From the IMG/VR virus record IMGVR_UViG_3300045988_111022: DNA of 64,000 nucleotides; one strand, 5' to 3'. Made by a program: the position numbers and the translations under genes. Under the pieces are notes generated by a model. It ran no database searches and was not told where the DNA came from. It was given only the letters and a program-made list of their open reading frames with translations. The DNA is from a virus. Positions 1 to 8,165 of this stretch are shown one piece after another; positions within the stretch are counted from its first letter, which is position 1; every line of letters starts with the position of its first letter.

Positions 1-13
1 AATTTCGGAAGAA

Positions 14-213
14 TGACATCACTTTGACATCACCTGCGGCAAAAAGCACCTGCTGGACGCGCCGGGAAATGGTAGTACGGTTTATTATCGAAGAATAATT
101 TGAAAACCCCGGAAAGTAACGAGAAATCGAAACTTTCCGGGGTTTTTTGACATCGTGACATCACAAAACGGGCCGTGACATCACCTGTTTTCGGCCTAGC
201 CGAGTGACATCAA
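14..213. repeat. Six direct copies of TGACATCA(C) flanking the integrase 3' end (possible arm-type sites)
   Basis: TGACATCAC at 14-22, 25-33, 156-164, 176-184. TGACATC at 148-154. TGACATCA at 205-212. Confidence 0.6.
107..148 (+). terminator. Rho-independent terminator
   Basis: Stem CCCCGGAAAGT (107-117) pairs with ACTTTCCGGGG (132-142), followed by a T6 run. Confidence 0.7.
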
Positions 214-1308
214 ATCAGAGTCATCGTTGTTAGAAGTGGGGGAGCCGATGGCCTCCAGCTTCGACACAAGCTCCTGCTGCTTGTTAGGGTACAAATGGGC
301 ATAGGTCCGCATGACGACGGGAACAGTATCGCCGATTCGCTTGGCTACCAGAACAATAGAGTACCCAAGTTCGATACAGAGAGAAACGTGGCTGTGCCGA
401 AGATCATGGACGCGAATATCCGGCAGATAGGTGAGCTGAGTGCAGCGGGTCAGCTCCTTGTTGAGCGCTGTGCACGTCATGTAGAATACGCGGTCGTCCG
501 GGGTCAGCCCGTAGAGCCGGGAACAGTAGGTGCGGAACTCTTCGGCCAACCAATGCGGAATAGGCACATTGCGGTTTCCGCCTTTCTTGCTGTTCTTAGT
601 GGGGCCGAAGATGTCCTGCCCCTTTTTTCTGTGGTAGGTCTTGTAGATGCGCAACTGGTCGTCATCGGTCAGGTCTTTGGGCAACAGCGCCAGCATCTCG
701 CCCTCGCGGCATCCCGTCCAGAACAGAATATCAAATGCCAGAAGATAGGCCTCGTTGCGGAATTCTTTCCGCAAAAGCTCGTACTGGTCTTTCGTGATGA
801 TAAGCATTTCTCCGGCGACGGAGGAACCCATGTAGCCAGCGGCATCGCACGGATTGAAACGCAGGCCGTAGAACGTCTGAGCATAGTTGAAGAGTGCGGT
901 CAGCTGTGCGTGGATGGTGTAGAGGTACGTTTCCGAATAGGGGAGGCCCGTGGCTTTGCCCATCTCTTTCACTCGCTGTTGCCAATCTCGAATATCAAGA
1001 GCGGTAATCTCATTCATTTTTCGATTTCCAAGAAGCGGAACGATCTTGGTGTCAAAAATATTTTGCTTGGTGTCCATTGTGGTGCCACGGACATGGTGCT
1101 CTCGGTCATTGAAGTACAGCTCCACAAAGCTGGCAAGAGTCATGTCACAGCTCTTGGCTTTTTGCAAATGGAATTCGCGCTCCCACTCTTGCGCTTCACG
1201 TTTGGTTTTGAAGCCGCGCTTACGTTTCTGCTTTCGTTTCCCGGTGAAATCAGCGTAGCGAAACTGGCAGTACCATGTGCCTGTTTTTTCATCCTTATAG
1301 CAGGGCAT
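196..1308 (-). CDS. int: Tyrosine recombinase / phage integrase
   Basis: N-terminal KDEKTGTWYCQFRY..KRGF.TKREA arm-binding-type domain. C-terminal HDLRHSH...RTYAHLY catalytic motifs (R..HxxR..Y). Confidence 0.93.
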   Translation of the reverse strand: MPCYKDEKTGTWYCQFRYADFTGKRKQKRKRGFKTKREAQEWEREFHLQKAKSCDMTLASFVELYFNDREHHVRGTTMDTKQNIFDTKIVPLLGNRKMNEITALDIRDWQQRVKEMGKATGLPYSETYLYTIHAQLTALFNYAQTFYGLRFNPCDAAGYMGSSVAGEMLIITKDQYELLRKEFRNEAYLLAFDILFWTGCREGEMLALLPKDLTDDDQLRIYKTYHRKKGQDIFGPTKNSKKGGNRNVPIPHWLAEEFRTYCSRLYGLTPDDRVFYMTCTALNKELTRCTQLTYLPDIRVHDLRHSHVSLCIELGYSIVLVAKRIGDTVPVVMRTYAHLYPNKQQELVSKLEAIGSPTSNNDDSDLMSLG

Positions 1309-1371
1309 TAGAATATACCTCCTGACGTGTTTAGAAATCCCCGACCATTTTTATAATGGCCGGGGTCTTTT

Positions 1372-2403
1372 TTATTTGGCGATGATGGAATTGAAATCGT
1401 CGATGTGCTCTGAATTGCTAAGCATGAGACATAGATTCAAACCAGCAGGGGAAGAAATGCGCAGTCGGCCGCATTCACAGATGGAGCACTGGTGATTGTT
1501 TTTATAGCGCTTATCACGGGATCCGTCTGCATTTACCTTGAGCCACGTTTTGCCGACAACCTTAGCATCCGCCGGAATTTCCATTTCAGAGGAATCCATG
1601 ATTGGGTGAATGATGTCGGCGCAGTAATCAACTTCATCTGCATCGTAGGCACTCAGCTTTCCGTCGTGAAGATAGAATATCTTATCGGGGAGAATATAGA
1701 ACGATTCCTTCTTTGACAGAGCTGCAGAAAAATATGGAACATTGGTGCTGAGGTAATAGGGGAGCTTCGGCATTCCAAGGAGCTTTTTGGGGAGAGTTGC
1801 TTCGCTGGCTCCTGCATTTGCTTTAGTGTTGTGTCCCTTTTCTATCTCCGTGACATACCATGCGGCATCGCAAGCGAATAGCTTTCGCCATGCGTGATAC
1901 CAGTTCTCATAAGCGGCACGTTGTTCATCGGAGAAATCGTATTCCAAATTCACTTTGGCTTTATAGTGGACGAACAAAAACGCAGCGAAAGAAAGGATTG
2001 TCAACAGGAGCCGCTGCGGAGTGTGAAGAACAATGAAAGCCAATAGGCTGACAGTGCCAATTATAAAGAACGCTTTGTTGAGAAAACGAACTAAGTGGAT
2101 TTGTTTCATAAGCGCCGCAAAATCGGCGTCCTTGTAGCTGTTCCGATCAGTGGACTGTATGACCTCTGTTTCAAATGCTGGAGGCTGTTTGGAAAGCCTT
2201 GGCGTCTCAGCACTACGAATAGATTCCTCTGAAACATAACTGATTCCGGTTCCGGGGATGGATGCTGTTTGTCTGATTTTTCCGTTAGCCGTTTTGGTGA
2301 TTCGGTATCCGGGAACGCCCCACGAATACCCAACTCCACTTCCTGAAATATTGATGCGAAAGCCGCCGCCAAGACGAATGCTTTTTCTGTATCTGAATCC
2401 CAT
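1372..2403 (-). CDS. DUF4236-domain membrane protein (lysogeny-region cargo)
   Basis: N-terminus MGFRYRKSIRLGGGFRINISGSGVGYSWGVPGYR is a DUF4236 signature. Two predicted TM helices (FFIIGTVSLLAFIVL, LLLTILSFAAFLFV). Cys-containing C-terminal domain. Confidence 0.75.
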   Translation of the reverse strand: MGFRYRKSIRLGGGFRINISGSGVGYSWGVPGYRITKTANGKIRQTASIPGTGISYVSEESIRSAETPRLSKQPPAFETEVIQSTDRNSYKDADFAALMKQIHLVRFLNKAFFIIGTVSLLAFIVLHTPQRLLLTILSFAAFLFVHYKAKVNLEYDFSDEQRAAYENWYHAWRKLFACDAAWYVTEIEKGHNTKANAGASEATLPKKLLGMPKLPYYLSTNVPYFSAALSKKESFYILPDKIFYLHDGKLSAYDADEVDYCADIIHPIMDSSEMEIPADAKVVGKTWLKVNADGSRDKRYKNNHQCSICECGRLRISSPAGLNLCLMLSNSEHIDDFNSIIAK

Positions 2404-2517
2404 AACCTCACAACCCTTTCTGTTATTTATTCACGGATTTCGGTAGATGGCTGGAATCTGCTTGTAAGCTGTCTTACTCTTTCCAGTGGCGCGCTTGCGC
2501 CGGGAAGGAGTGAGAAG

Positions 2518-2649
2518 ATGCCTGCATCGGATGAGCGCTCCAGACATGGAAATGTGCTTGATGATGTTCTTCGGGAAGAAATCAAGGATTTAACCCCGGA
2601 ACAGGTCAAGCGGGTGCTTGAGTACATCGAAACGCTGAAACAGCAGTAA
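2518..2649 (+). CDS. Small ORF (43 aa), resembles the C-terminal tail of XRE repressors; possible remnant
   Basis: GGAAGGAG RBS 8 nt upstream of the ATG. ...LTPEQVKRVLEYIETLK resembles the tails of the repressors at 2698-3021 and 7501-7812. Own terminator downstream. Confidence 0.4.
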   Translation: MPASDERSRHGNVLDDVLREEIKDLTPEQVKRVLEYIETLKQQ

Positions 2650-2665
2650 CGAGCACCGATGGCGC

Positions 2666-2696
2666 GGACAGGCCCTCTTTGGGAGCCTGTCCTTTT
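2666..2696 (+). terminator. Rho-independent terminator
   Basis: GGACAGGC (2666-2673) pairs with GCCTGTCC (2685-2692), then TTTT. Confidence 0.6.
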
Positions 2697-2697
2697 G

Positions 2698-3021
2698 TTA
2701 TTCGCGCAGGAATTTGACGAAGCGGACGTACTCTATTACCTTGCGCATTTCATCATCTGTCAGATCGTGCGTGGAGTCCATGAGCCGCCTCTGCAAAGCG
2801 GAAAGATTCGACTCCGGGAAATCCACCTCCCCCCGGAGATAGGCTTCAGACACGCCATAGCGGGCGGCAATAGTGGCGATGTCCGAAGCGGTAGGAACAG
2901 ATTTTCCCGCTTGCCAGCTCGCAACAAGGGTTCTGCTTTTCCCGCACAGGCGCGACATAAAAGCGCCCGATGAACCGTAATGTTCCATCAAATCGACAAT
3001 GCGTTGGACAGTAATCGTCAT
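2698..3021 (-). CDS. XRE-family HTH repressor (CI-like), switch region 1
   Basis: HTH ...SRLCGKSRTLVASWQAGKSVPTASDIATIAARYGVSEAYLRGE. Divergent from the 3179 gene. ATG at 3021 preferred over the upstream GTG at 3075. Confidence 0.8.
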   Translation of the reverse strand: MTITVQRIVDLMEHYGSSGAFMSRLCGKSRTLVASWQAGKSVPTASDIATIAARYGVSEAYLRGEVDFPESNLSALQRRLMDSTHDLTDDEMRKVIEYVRFVKFLRE

Positions 3022-3068
3022 CCTTTTTACCAGCTTTCTTTCTGAAATCTTGTGTAATACGCTGAAAT

Positions 3069-3144
3069 CCAACACTTGTTAGATTTGCGGTCTTGTCGTC
3101 TAACAGGTGTTGGATTATTATATAATCACAGTCAAACATTTGTT
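3069..3144. promoter_or_regulatory. Three operator-like sites with core AACA-N2-TGTT, plus TATAAT (3121-3126)
   Basis: CCAACACTTGTTAGA (3069-3083) and TCTAACAGGTGTTGG (3099-3113) form an inverted pair with 1 mismatch. Third site AACATTTGTT at 3135-3144. Confidence 0.65.
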
Positions 3145-3178
3145 GGACTGCATGAGCAACAACGGAGGTCGAAAAAAT

Positions 3179-3418
3179 ATGAAAATGGTAACGTACAAAG
3201 TGCTCAGCAAAGCAATGCGGGAGCTGACAGGGCAAGTTGCAGAGCTGGATGAAGCCATTGAAATCCGCTTGGTGTTTGGCGAAAAAGTTAAAATCACCAT
3301 TTCGATGGACTGGGCAACAATGGATGCAGCACGGGCCGCAGAACTCGCTGAGCATCTGGCAAAGGCGGCGGAGCTCGTGAACAACTTCAAGTACGCTGGT
3401 TATACGATTGTTAGATAA
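3179..3418 (+). CDS. Small early protein in the Cro position (79 aa)
   Basis: GGAGG RBS at 3164-3168. Divergent from the repressor. No recognisable domain. Confidence 0.6.
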   Translation: MKMVTYKVLSKAMRELTGQVAELDEAIEIRLVFGEKVKITISMDWATMDAARAAELAEHLAKAAELVNNFKYAGYTIVR

Positions 3419-3423
3419 GGGGA

Positions 3424-4017
3424 ATGGCCATGAAGTATTCAGACATCAACAAGATGTTCACGACAGAGGTGAACAAGTATTTGGCGCAGGGGTATCGCTT
3501 CAACACCGCAAGCATGAATGGGAGTCAGAGTGAACTGGCCAAGGTCGATTTGACCAACGGAACTGAAATCATCCGCATTGTGGCCCGCACTTTTTCCAAG
3601 GAGTGGGATAAGCAGGGCGTCGAGCTGTTCGTTGGCCGCGTGGCCGAGAAAGAGGGCATTCGGCCGGATGTAGCCTATTGCGTCAACACAATTTGGAACG
3701 GACGCTTGGAACAAGTCAGCAGCCAGCGGTTCTACGAGGTGAGCGGCTACGGAGATCCCGACAAGTTCTATGGGACGGAAGCGGACGCCGAAGCGGTCAG
3801 CAAAGTCCGTATGAGCCGCTATGCGCAGAGGCCGAATCGCAAGGCTAAGGACATGACCAACGCTGAAACCATCAAAATTGCTGTGCGGTTCATTCGCCGG
3901 AAACTTGGCATCAAGAACGTGGACAAGAAGCGCATTGAAGTGTTCCGCACGCCTGACCATCGGCACATCATCAATTATCGCGGCAAAGCATATCAGCTCA
4001 ACAACAAGGGGGTTTGA
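3424..4017 (+). CDS. Hypothetical early protein (197 aa)
   Basis: Uninterrupted ORF, RBS AAGGGG, tightly packed in the operon. Confidence 0.65.
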   Translation: MAMKYSDINKMFTTEVNKYLAQGYRFNTASMNGSQSELAKVDLTNGTEIIRIVARTFSKEWDKQGVELFVGRVAEKEGIRPDVAYCVNTIWNGRLEQVSSQRFYEVSGYGDPDKFYGTEADAEAVSKVRMSRYAQRPNRKAKDMTNAETIKIAVRFIRRKLGIKNVDKKRIEVFRTPDHRHIINYRGKAYQLNNKGV

Positions 4018-4019
4018 CT

Positions 4020-4247
4020 ATGTATTGTAACAAGTTTTTCAGAACCGAAGAGGAAGCCAAGGCTTTCAAGAAGTCTCACGGCGGGGCGCTGTACAAGAAC
4101 ATCAAGGGGAGTCACACCCGGCAAGCGTACCGGGTAGAAGCGATGATGGCCGTGCAGGACGGCTGGCTCCGCAGCACAGAGACGGATACGTACCCGTTCT
4201 GCGTTGCATGGAATGGCAAGCCGCTGTCGGCAGGAAAGGAGATTTAA
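4020..4247 (+). CDS. Hypothetical protein (75 aa)
   Basis: ATG at 4020 after an AAGGGGG RBS. Abuts the previous stop. Confidence 0.55.
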   Translation: MYCNKFFRTEEEAKAFKKSHGGALYKNIKGSHTRQAYRVEAMMAVQDGWLRSTETDTYPFCVAWNGKPLSAGKEI

Positions 4248-4250
4248 GCC

Positions 4251-4625
4251 ATGAAAGCATTAAAAATTGAGCCGGGAAAGGCCCCGGAACGCATTGACAT
4301 TGGCAACGAACTTGAAGCCCTGCAAGACGCTGTGGGTGGCTACATTCAGGTGCTTTACCCGGACCAGCACCGCCCGGTGGGCCTGATCTGCAACGAGGAG
4401 GGCAAGTGCATGGGCCTCAAGCCAAACCGGGCCCTGTACAGGGGCGGCAAGCCTTACGACGTCATTGTTGGCACATTCCTCGTGGTTGGAGTCGATGAAG
4501 AGGACTTCACGGATCTGCGGGAAGAGGATGCAGCGTATTTTGAGAAGCTGTTCCATTCGCCGGAGAAGTTTAAGTACTTCGCAGGGCGGCTGGTCATCTC
4601 CAAGGTGGTTTCTGGCGGGGCTTGA
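4251..4625 (+). CDS. DUF3846-domain protein
   Basis: MKALKIEPGK.PE.IDI.NELEALQ..VGGYIQ......P..LICNEEGK matches the DUF3846 pattern common in ICEs and phages. Confidence 0.7.
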   Translation: MKALKIEPGKAPERIDIGNELEALQDAVGGYIQVLYPDQHRPVGLICNEEGKCMGLKPNRALYRGGKPYDVIVGTFLVVGVDEEDFTDLREEDAAYFEKLFHSPEKFKYFAGRLVISKVVSGGA

Positions 4626-4640
4626 TGGCCCCGCTTTTTT
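4615..4640 (+). terminator. Rho-independent terminator
   Basis: GCGGGG (4615-4620) pairs with CCCCGC (4629-4634), followed by T6. Confidence 0.7.
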
Positions 4641-4870
4641 CAAAACCCGAAAAACCCATTCGGTTTTTTGGGTTTTGTTCGGTTTTTTCGGTTTTGATGG
4701 GTTTTGCGAAATGCAAAATAAAAGATGAAATTTGAATCGTAACTTTCAAATTTTAGGCAGAAAAACCGAAATTCTGTTAAAACTGAAACTCGATAGAACG
4801 ACAAATTTTTGAAACGTGCGTAAAATGTGAAAACCTATTGGGTTTTTCAAAAACCGAAAAAACCCATCTT
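4641..4870. repeat. Iteron-like AAAACC(C/G)/CGGTTTT repeat cluster around an AT-rich core (candidate origin)
   Basis: Multiple CGGTTTT/GGGTTTT/AAAACCC units at 4641-4700 and 4829-4868. The 26-nt block 4651-4676 recurs inverted at 14188-14213. Confidence 0.55.
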
Positions 4871-4942
4871 CTTAAGAAAAGAAGAAGAAAAAGAATAAGA
4901 AGATATGAAGACTATCGTCTTCATCACGCGCGGGCGCGCGCG

Positions 4943-5185
4943 TTATATGGCCGACGACGACGAATCCAACTGATGAAGAACAGGGTCGTCGGTACGGCCA
5001 AGCAGGTAGTCGACGGAACAGTCCAGCCTGTCGGCAAGAAGCATAAGGGTCTTGCCCGATGGTGGATCTTCGGCGTTTTTCCAGCGTGTAACAGCGCCAG
5101 AAGAGATGCCAAGCTCTTTTGCAAGCGGATTTGGCTTCGTACCTCGAAGAACGCACATCTGATAGAATCGCTCCCAAAATATCAA
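4943..5185 (-). CDS. XRE-family HTH regulator, switch region 2
   Basis: ..FWERFYQMCVLRGTKPNPLAKELGISSGAVTRWKN... Probable TTG start at 5185, 8 nt after AAGGAGG. The ORF track extends to 5224. Confidence 0.75.
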   Translation of the reverse strand: MIFWERFYQMCVLRGTKPNPLAKELGISSGAVTRWKNAEDPPSGKTLMLLADRLDCSVDYLLGRTDDPVLHQLDSSSSAI

Positions 5186-5216
5186 AAATAGGACCTCCTT
5201 TTTGTGCAAAAGCATG

Positions 5217-5271
5217 AATCTCACTAAAATGAGATTATCACATTGCTATCTCACAAAAGTGAGATTATAAT
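5217..5271. promoter_or_regulatory. Two palindromic operators overlapping a sigma70-like promoter
   Basis: AATCTCA-N6-TGAGATT (5217-5236). ATCTCAC-AAAA-GTGAGAT (5248-5265). -35 TTGCTA at 5243-5248, 17-nt spacer, -10 TATAAT at 5266-5271. Confidence 0.7.
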
Positions 5272-5319
5272 ATATCTAACAAATGATTCAAACACCTGTT
5301 AGATAGAAAGGACAATACC

Positions 5320-5523
5320 ATGACGAATGTTTACATTGACAGCCGCCGGGATGGGTACTCTCCCAGCCAGTGCCACGACACCATGACGGTGGGGGAGTTG
5401 ATTGACATCCTGAGCCAGTACGACGAAGACCAGCCCGTCTACATTCGCAACGACAACGGCTACACCTACGGGAGCGTCCAGATGGACAGCGTTACCGAGG
5501 GAGAGGAGGACGAGGACGAATGA
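5320..5523 (+). CDS. Hypothetical small acidic protein (67 aa)
   Basis: RBS GAAAGGA. First gene of the rightward operon. Confidence 0.6.
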   Translation: MTNVYIDSRRDGYSPSQCHDTMTVGELIDILSQYDEDQPVYIRNDNGYTYGSVQMDSVTEGEEDEDE

Positions 5524-5780
5524 GACTTCTTGTTGAGTACACATCGCATGGCCGCGGTCCAGCGGCTCCGCAGACCTACAGCACCACGCTGGACATTGTG
5601 GACGATGTAGCGGAGCGGCTGTTAAAGGCCAAGACGCCGTACACATTCCGGGAGCGGAAGTACTGCACACGGGAAGCGCTGATTCTTGCATTCCTGATTT
5701 ACGACATCGAGAACCTGCAGGAACGGAGCTTCGGAGACAACGACCAGATTTTGAGCATCCGGCGGGATAGCCGGAACTGA
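5520..5780 (+). CDS. Hypothetical protein (86 aa)
   Basis: ATGA start/stop overlap with the previous gene. Confidence 0.55.
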   Translation: MRLLVEYTSHGRGPAAPQTYSTTLDIVDDVAERLLKAKTPYTFRERKYCTREALILAFLIYDIENLQERSFGDNDQILSIRRDSRN

Positions 5781-5794
5781 GGGAGGGCCACACG

Positions 5795-5947
5795 ATGAAG
5801 TTTGTAGCACCGATGGACACATGGGAGATAGTAGGCGGGAACCTGCCACCCATCCGGGTTCGCGCCCGGTCGTTCGATGAAGCCTTGAAGAAAGCAAGGC
5901 TTCGCAACCCCGGCTATTGCGCCGGCTGGGTCGTTGAGGAGGACTGA
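5795..5947 (+). CDS. Hypothetical small protein (50 aa)
   Basis: GAGGGAGGG RBS. Its stop abuts the next ATG. Below the ORF-track length cut-off. Confidence 0.45.
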   Translation: MKFVAPMDTWEIVGGNLPPIRVRARSFDEALKKARLRNPGYCAGWVVEED

Positions 5948-6292
5948 ATGATGTTCGACAAAGAGCTTATGAAGCAGCTGGCCACCATTCCAACCCAAAA
6001 TCGGGAGGAATGGTTTGCCGAGCGCGACAAGCTGGAAACGCTTGCCGTCGAAATGACCCGCATAAATGCGAAGGATATGGTGCAAAAGTACGGCATCGCA
6101 CGGGTTCTGAGGGTGCTGGCGGCGACAATCAAACAAAATCCCAAGGATTACGATGCGGATGTGGTGGAAATGGCCGGATGGGTGCCGCCCGTCCGGGCGG
6201 GTCGGGATGCGGAGATGTGGTTCTGCTCAACCATCCACCGGGCATACGTCCAAGACCTGTTTCGCCAGTATGCGAACCTGCGCAAGCTGTGA
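5948..6292 (+). CDS. Hypothetical protein (114 aa), possibly a conjugative-element-type (DUF3849-like) domain
   Basis: Coupled ORF. The family assignment is only a weak recollection. Confidence 0.55.
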   Translation: MMFDKELMKQLATIPTQNREEWFAERDKLETLAVEMTRINAKDMVQKYGIARVLRVLAATIKQNPKDYDADVVEMAGWVPPVRAGRDAEMWFCSTIHRAYVQDLFRQYANLRKL

Positions 6293-6308
6293 GAAAGGAG
6301 CCTAAACC

Positions 6309-6560
6309 ATGAAGTACGTCATTTTTACCTACGACATCCGCATGAAAGGCAAGGAAGACGAAGCCTGCATGACCGTCCTGCTGGATGATGACCGAGCAGC
6401 GGTCGTTAAGGCTGCATACGATAACCGGCAGGGGAGCAGCGAGATTGAGGACATCCTCTTGCGGTGCAAGGTCGATGACCTGTGCGCCGCCTGTGAAGCG
6501 CTCCGGGGGCGGAAGTACCTTCGCAACAGCATCAAGTGCGTGGAGATCGAGGAGGCTTGA
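6309..6560 (+). CDS. Hypothetical protein (83 aa)
   Basis: RBS AAAGGAG. Compact operon context. Confidence 0.55.
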   Translation: MKYVIFTYDIRMKGKEDEACMTVLLDDDRAAVVKAAYDNRQGSSEIEDILLRCKVDDLCAACEALRGRKYLRNSIKCVEIEEA

Positions 6561-6563
6561 GCC

Positions 6564-6755
6564 GTGAACATTGAAATTCAGTATCAGGCCGAGGATGGCG
6601 AGATTCAGTATTACCACTTTGAGTCGTGGGAACTGGCTGAAGACGATGCCTTTCGGGAGGCCATGCAGGCATTCCGCAGCACTCGCACAGGAAAGAATAG
6701 GATGCTCTCTATCCGGGATGCATCGATTGGCGCAGGCCGCAACTGGAAAGAATAA
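6564..6755 (+). CDS. Hypothetical protein (63 aa)
   Basis: GTG start immediately after the previous stop. Confidence 0.45.
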   Translation: MNIEIQYQAEDGEIQYYHFESWELAEDDAFREAMQAFRSTRTGKNRMLSIRDASIGAGRNWKE

Positions 6756-6857
6756 CCCGCCTGATGATGGCCGCTGGTATCGGCCGAAACCATTTTCGTG
6801 GCATCACGAGGATGGTCGCGGGAACCAACACCGCAAACCAAGGAAAGGAAGATTCAC

Positions 6858-7190
6858 ATGAAGTATGAAATCTACCAGCTGAAAGAGGACACCATGGAGC
6901 AGGTAAAACTGCGGTTCATGGCGTCCGATCAGGCCGCACAGCTGGGCGGCATCCACCGGGAGAACTACCGTCTGGTGTACGAGGGTAATGTGGAAACCCG
7001 AAAGGACGCACAGCAGACGCTTGATGGCTTGTTCCGCAAGTTTAACATCGACAGGCCCGCAGGCTTCGAGGGCCACAGCTTGAGCGTGTCGGACATCATT
7101 TACCTCGCCGATGGGGAATCCTCCGACTGGTGGTTCTGCGATGCTTACGGTTGGAAGCTTCTGAGTGGAGAAGAATGGGGGCAGACCTGA
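6858..7190 (+). CDS. YodL-like domain protein
   Basis: MKYEIYQLK...LRF.....Y.LVY.G......TLD.LF.KFNIDRP.GF.GHSLSVSDIIYL matches the YodL-like signature (PF14191, from memory). Confidence 0.7.
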   Translation: MKYEIYQLKEDTMEQVKLRFMASDQAAQLGGIHRENYRLVYEGNVETRKDAQQTLDGLFRKFNIDRPAGFEGHSLSVSDIIYLADGESSDWWFCDAYGWKLLSGEEWGQT

Positions 7191-7393
7191 TGCGCCACTA
7201 CACAAAAGCGGAGTGGGGCAAGATCCCGGAGGCCTACAAGGGCCGCTGGGAGCCGACGCCGTTCAACCTTGAGCGGGTGAAGAGCGGGGAGCTTCCGGCA
7301 GAGTACATCGGCAAACGGAACACCATCGTCAATGACGAGCATCACGGCACGGTGCTTATCACCGAGGACGCGCACTTCGTAATCGACGAATGA
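7190..7393 (+). CDS. Hypothetical protein (67 aa)
   Basis: ATGA overlap with the YodL-like gene. Confidence 0.5.
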   Translation: MRHYTKAEWGKIPEAYKGRWEPTPFNLERVKSGELPAEYIGKRNTIVNDEHHGTVLITEDAHFVIDE

Positions 7394-7500
7394 GTACAAT
7401 CGCTCAAAGAGGCGATTTGAGCCGCATTTTGCATCAAACGACAAATTCCTTGCGGAAGAATCAAAAACGCAAAATAGAGCCATCTGAGCAGCTCTAAGAA

Positions 7501-7812
7501 CTATTTCCGCTGACTCAGAATGAACTGAAGATAATCTGTAACCTTTTGGCGTTCATCATCTGTCAGATTCATCCGTTTCACGGCGGGGTCAACAGTGCGC
7601 CCCATGAGGAAGTCCATGGAGCAGTCGAGGTAGTCAGAGATGCGGGCAAGGCTATCAGCCGCCATCATGCGGCCAGTGCGTAAGTTGGAAAGGGTGCCTT
7701 TGCTCATTCCGAGTTCGGCAAACATATCTTTCAGCTGGACATTGCGAGCTTTTGCTTGAAGCTTGATGTTTTCTGCAAGGGTTATAGAATCATACAAATT
7801 TTGGGTCGGCAT
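7501..7812 (-). CDS. XRE-family HTH repressor, switch region 3
   Basis: ...LKDMFAELGMSKGTLSNLRTGRMMAADSLARISDYLDCSMDFLMGR. ATG at 7812 with a GAGGA RBS. The ORF-track N-terminal extension is rejected. Confidence 0.8.
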   Translation of the reverse strand: MPTQNLYDSITLAENIKLQAKARNVQLKDMFAELGMSKGTLSNLRTGRMMAADSLARISDYLDCSMDFLMGRTVDPAVKRMNLTDDERQKVTDYLQFILSQRK

Positions 7813-7833
7813 TTTGTGTATCCTCACAAAACC

Positions 7834-7884
7834 TTGCAATCGCAATGATTTTGCCTTGAAATATTGCAATCGCAAGATTATAAT
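7834..7884. promoter_or_regulatory. Two copies of operator TTGCAATCGCAA plus a -10 TATAAT
   Basis: TTGC-N4-GCAA sites at 7834-7845 and 7864-7875. TATAAT at 7879-7884. Confidence 0.65.
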
Positions 7885-8165
7885 ACACTTGTACAAAACA
7901 AATGTCAGATTGAAAGGGTCAGCGCTTTCCATTCAGCGCGTTCCCCGAAGCCCCTCTGCAAAGGGGCTTCAACGTACCACGCAGTACAAACCATGCAAGT
8001 TGATTCCTCCTAATGACAGGCATCGCTGCAAAGCGCAGCGCCGATACTGCAAATCGGCGGTGCGCAGGTAAAGCGATTACTCCCCAAGAGCTTCTGCTTA
8101 ACAGCTTAAAGGCGGGGGAACGCGTTGAATGGTGGGTACTGGCCCTTTTAGTCTATCAAAAATCA

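Noticed and set aside
1-195. A host gene 3' end or tRNA as the integration target, and an attL/attR core repeat
   Set aside because: No open frame with a start and no tRNA-like structure is present in 1-106. No direct repeat of 12 nt or more shared with 63170-63810 was found by eye, so att sites are left undefined.
4838-5191. 117-aa plus-strand ORF with a KKRRRKRIRR stretch
   Set aside because: It overlaps the XRE gene at 4943-5185 antisense and starts in purine-rich non-coding DNA with no RBS.
7813-7932. N-terminal 40-aa extension of the repressor at 7501-7932
   Set aside because: The extension would run through the operator and promoter region. The ATG at 7812 has a GAGGA RBS and gives a canonical XRE N-terminus.
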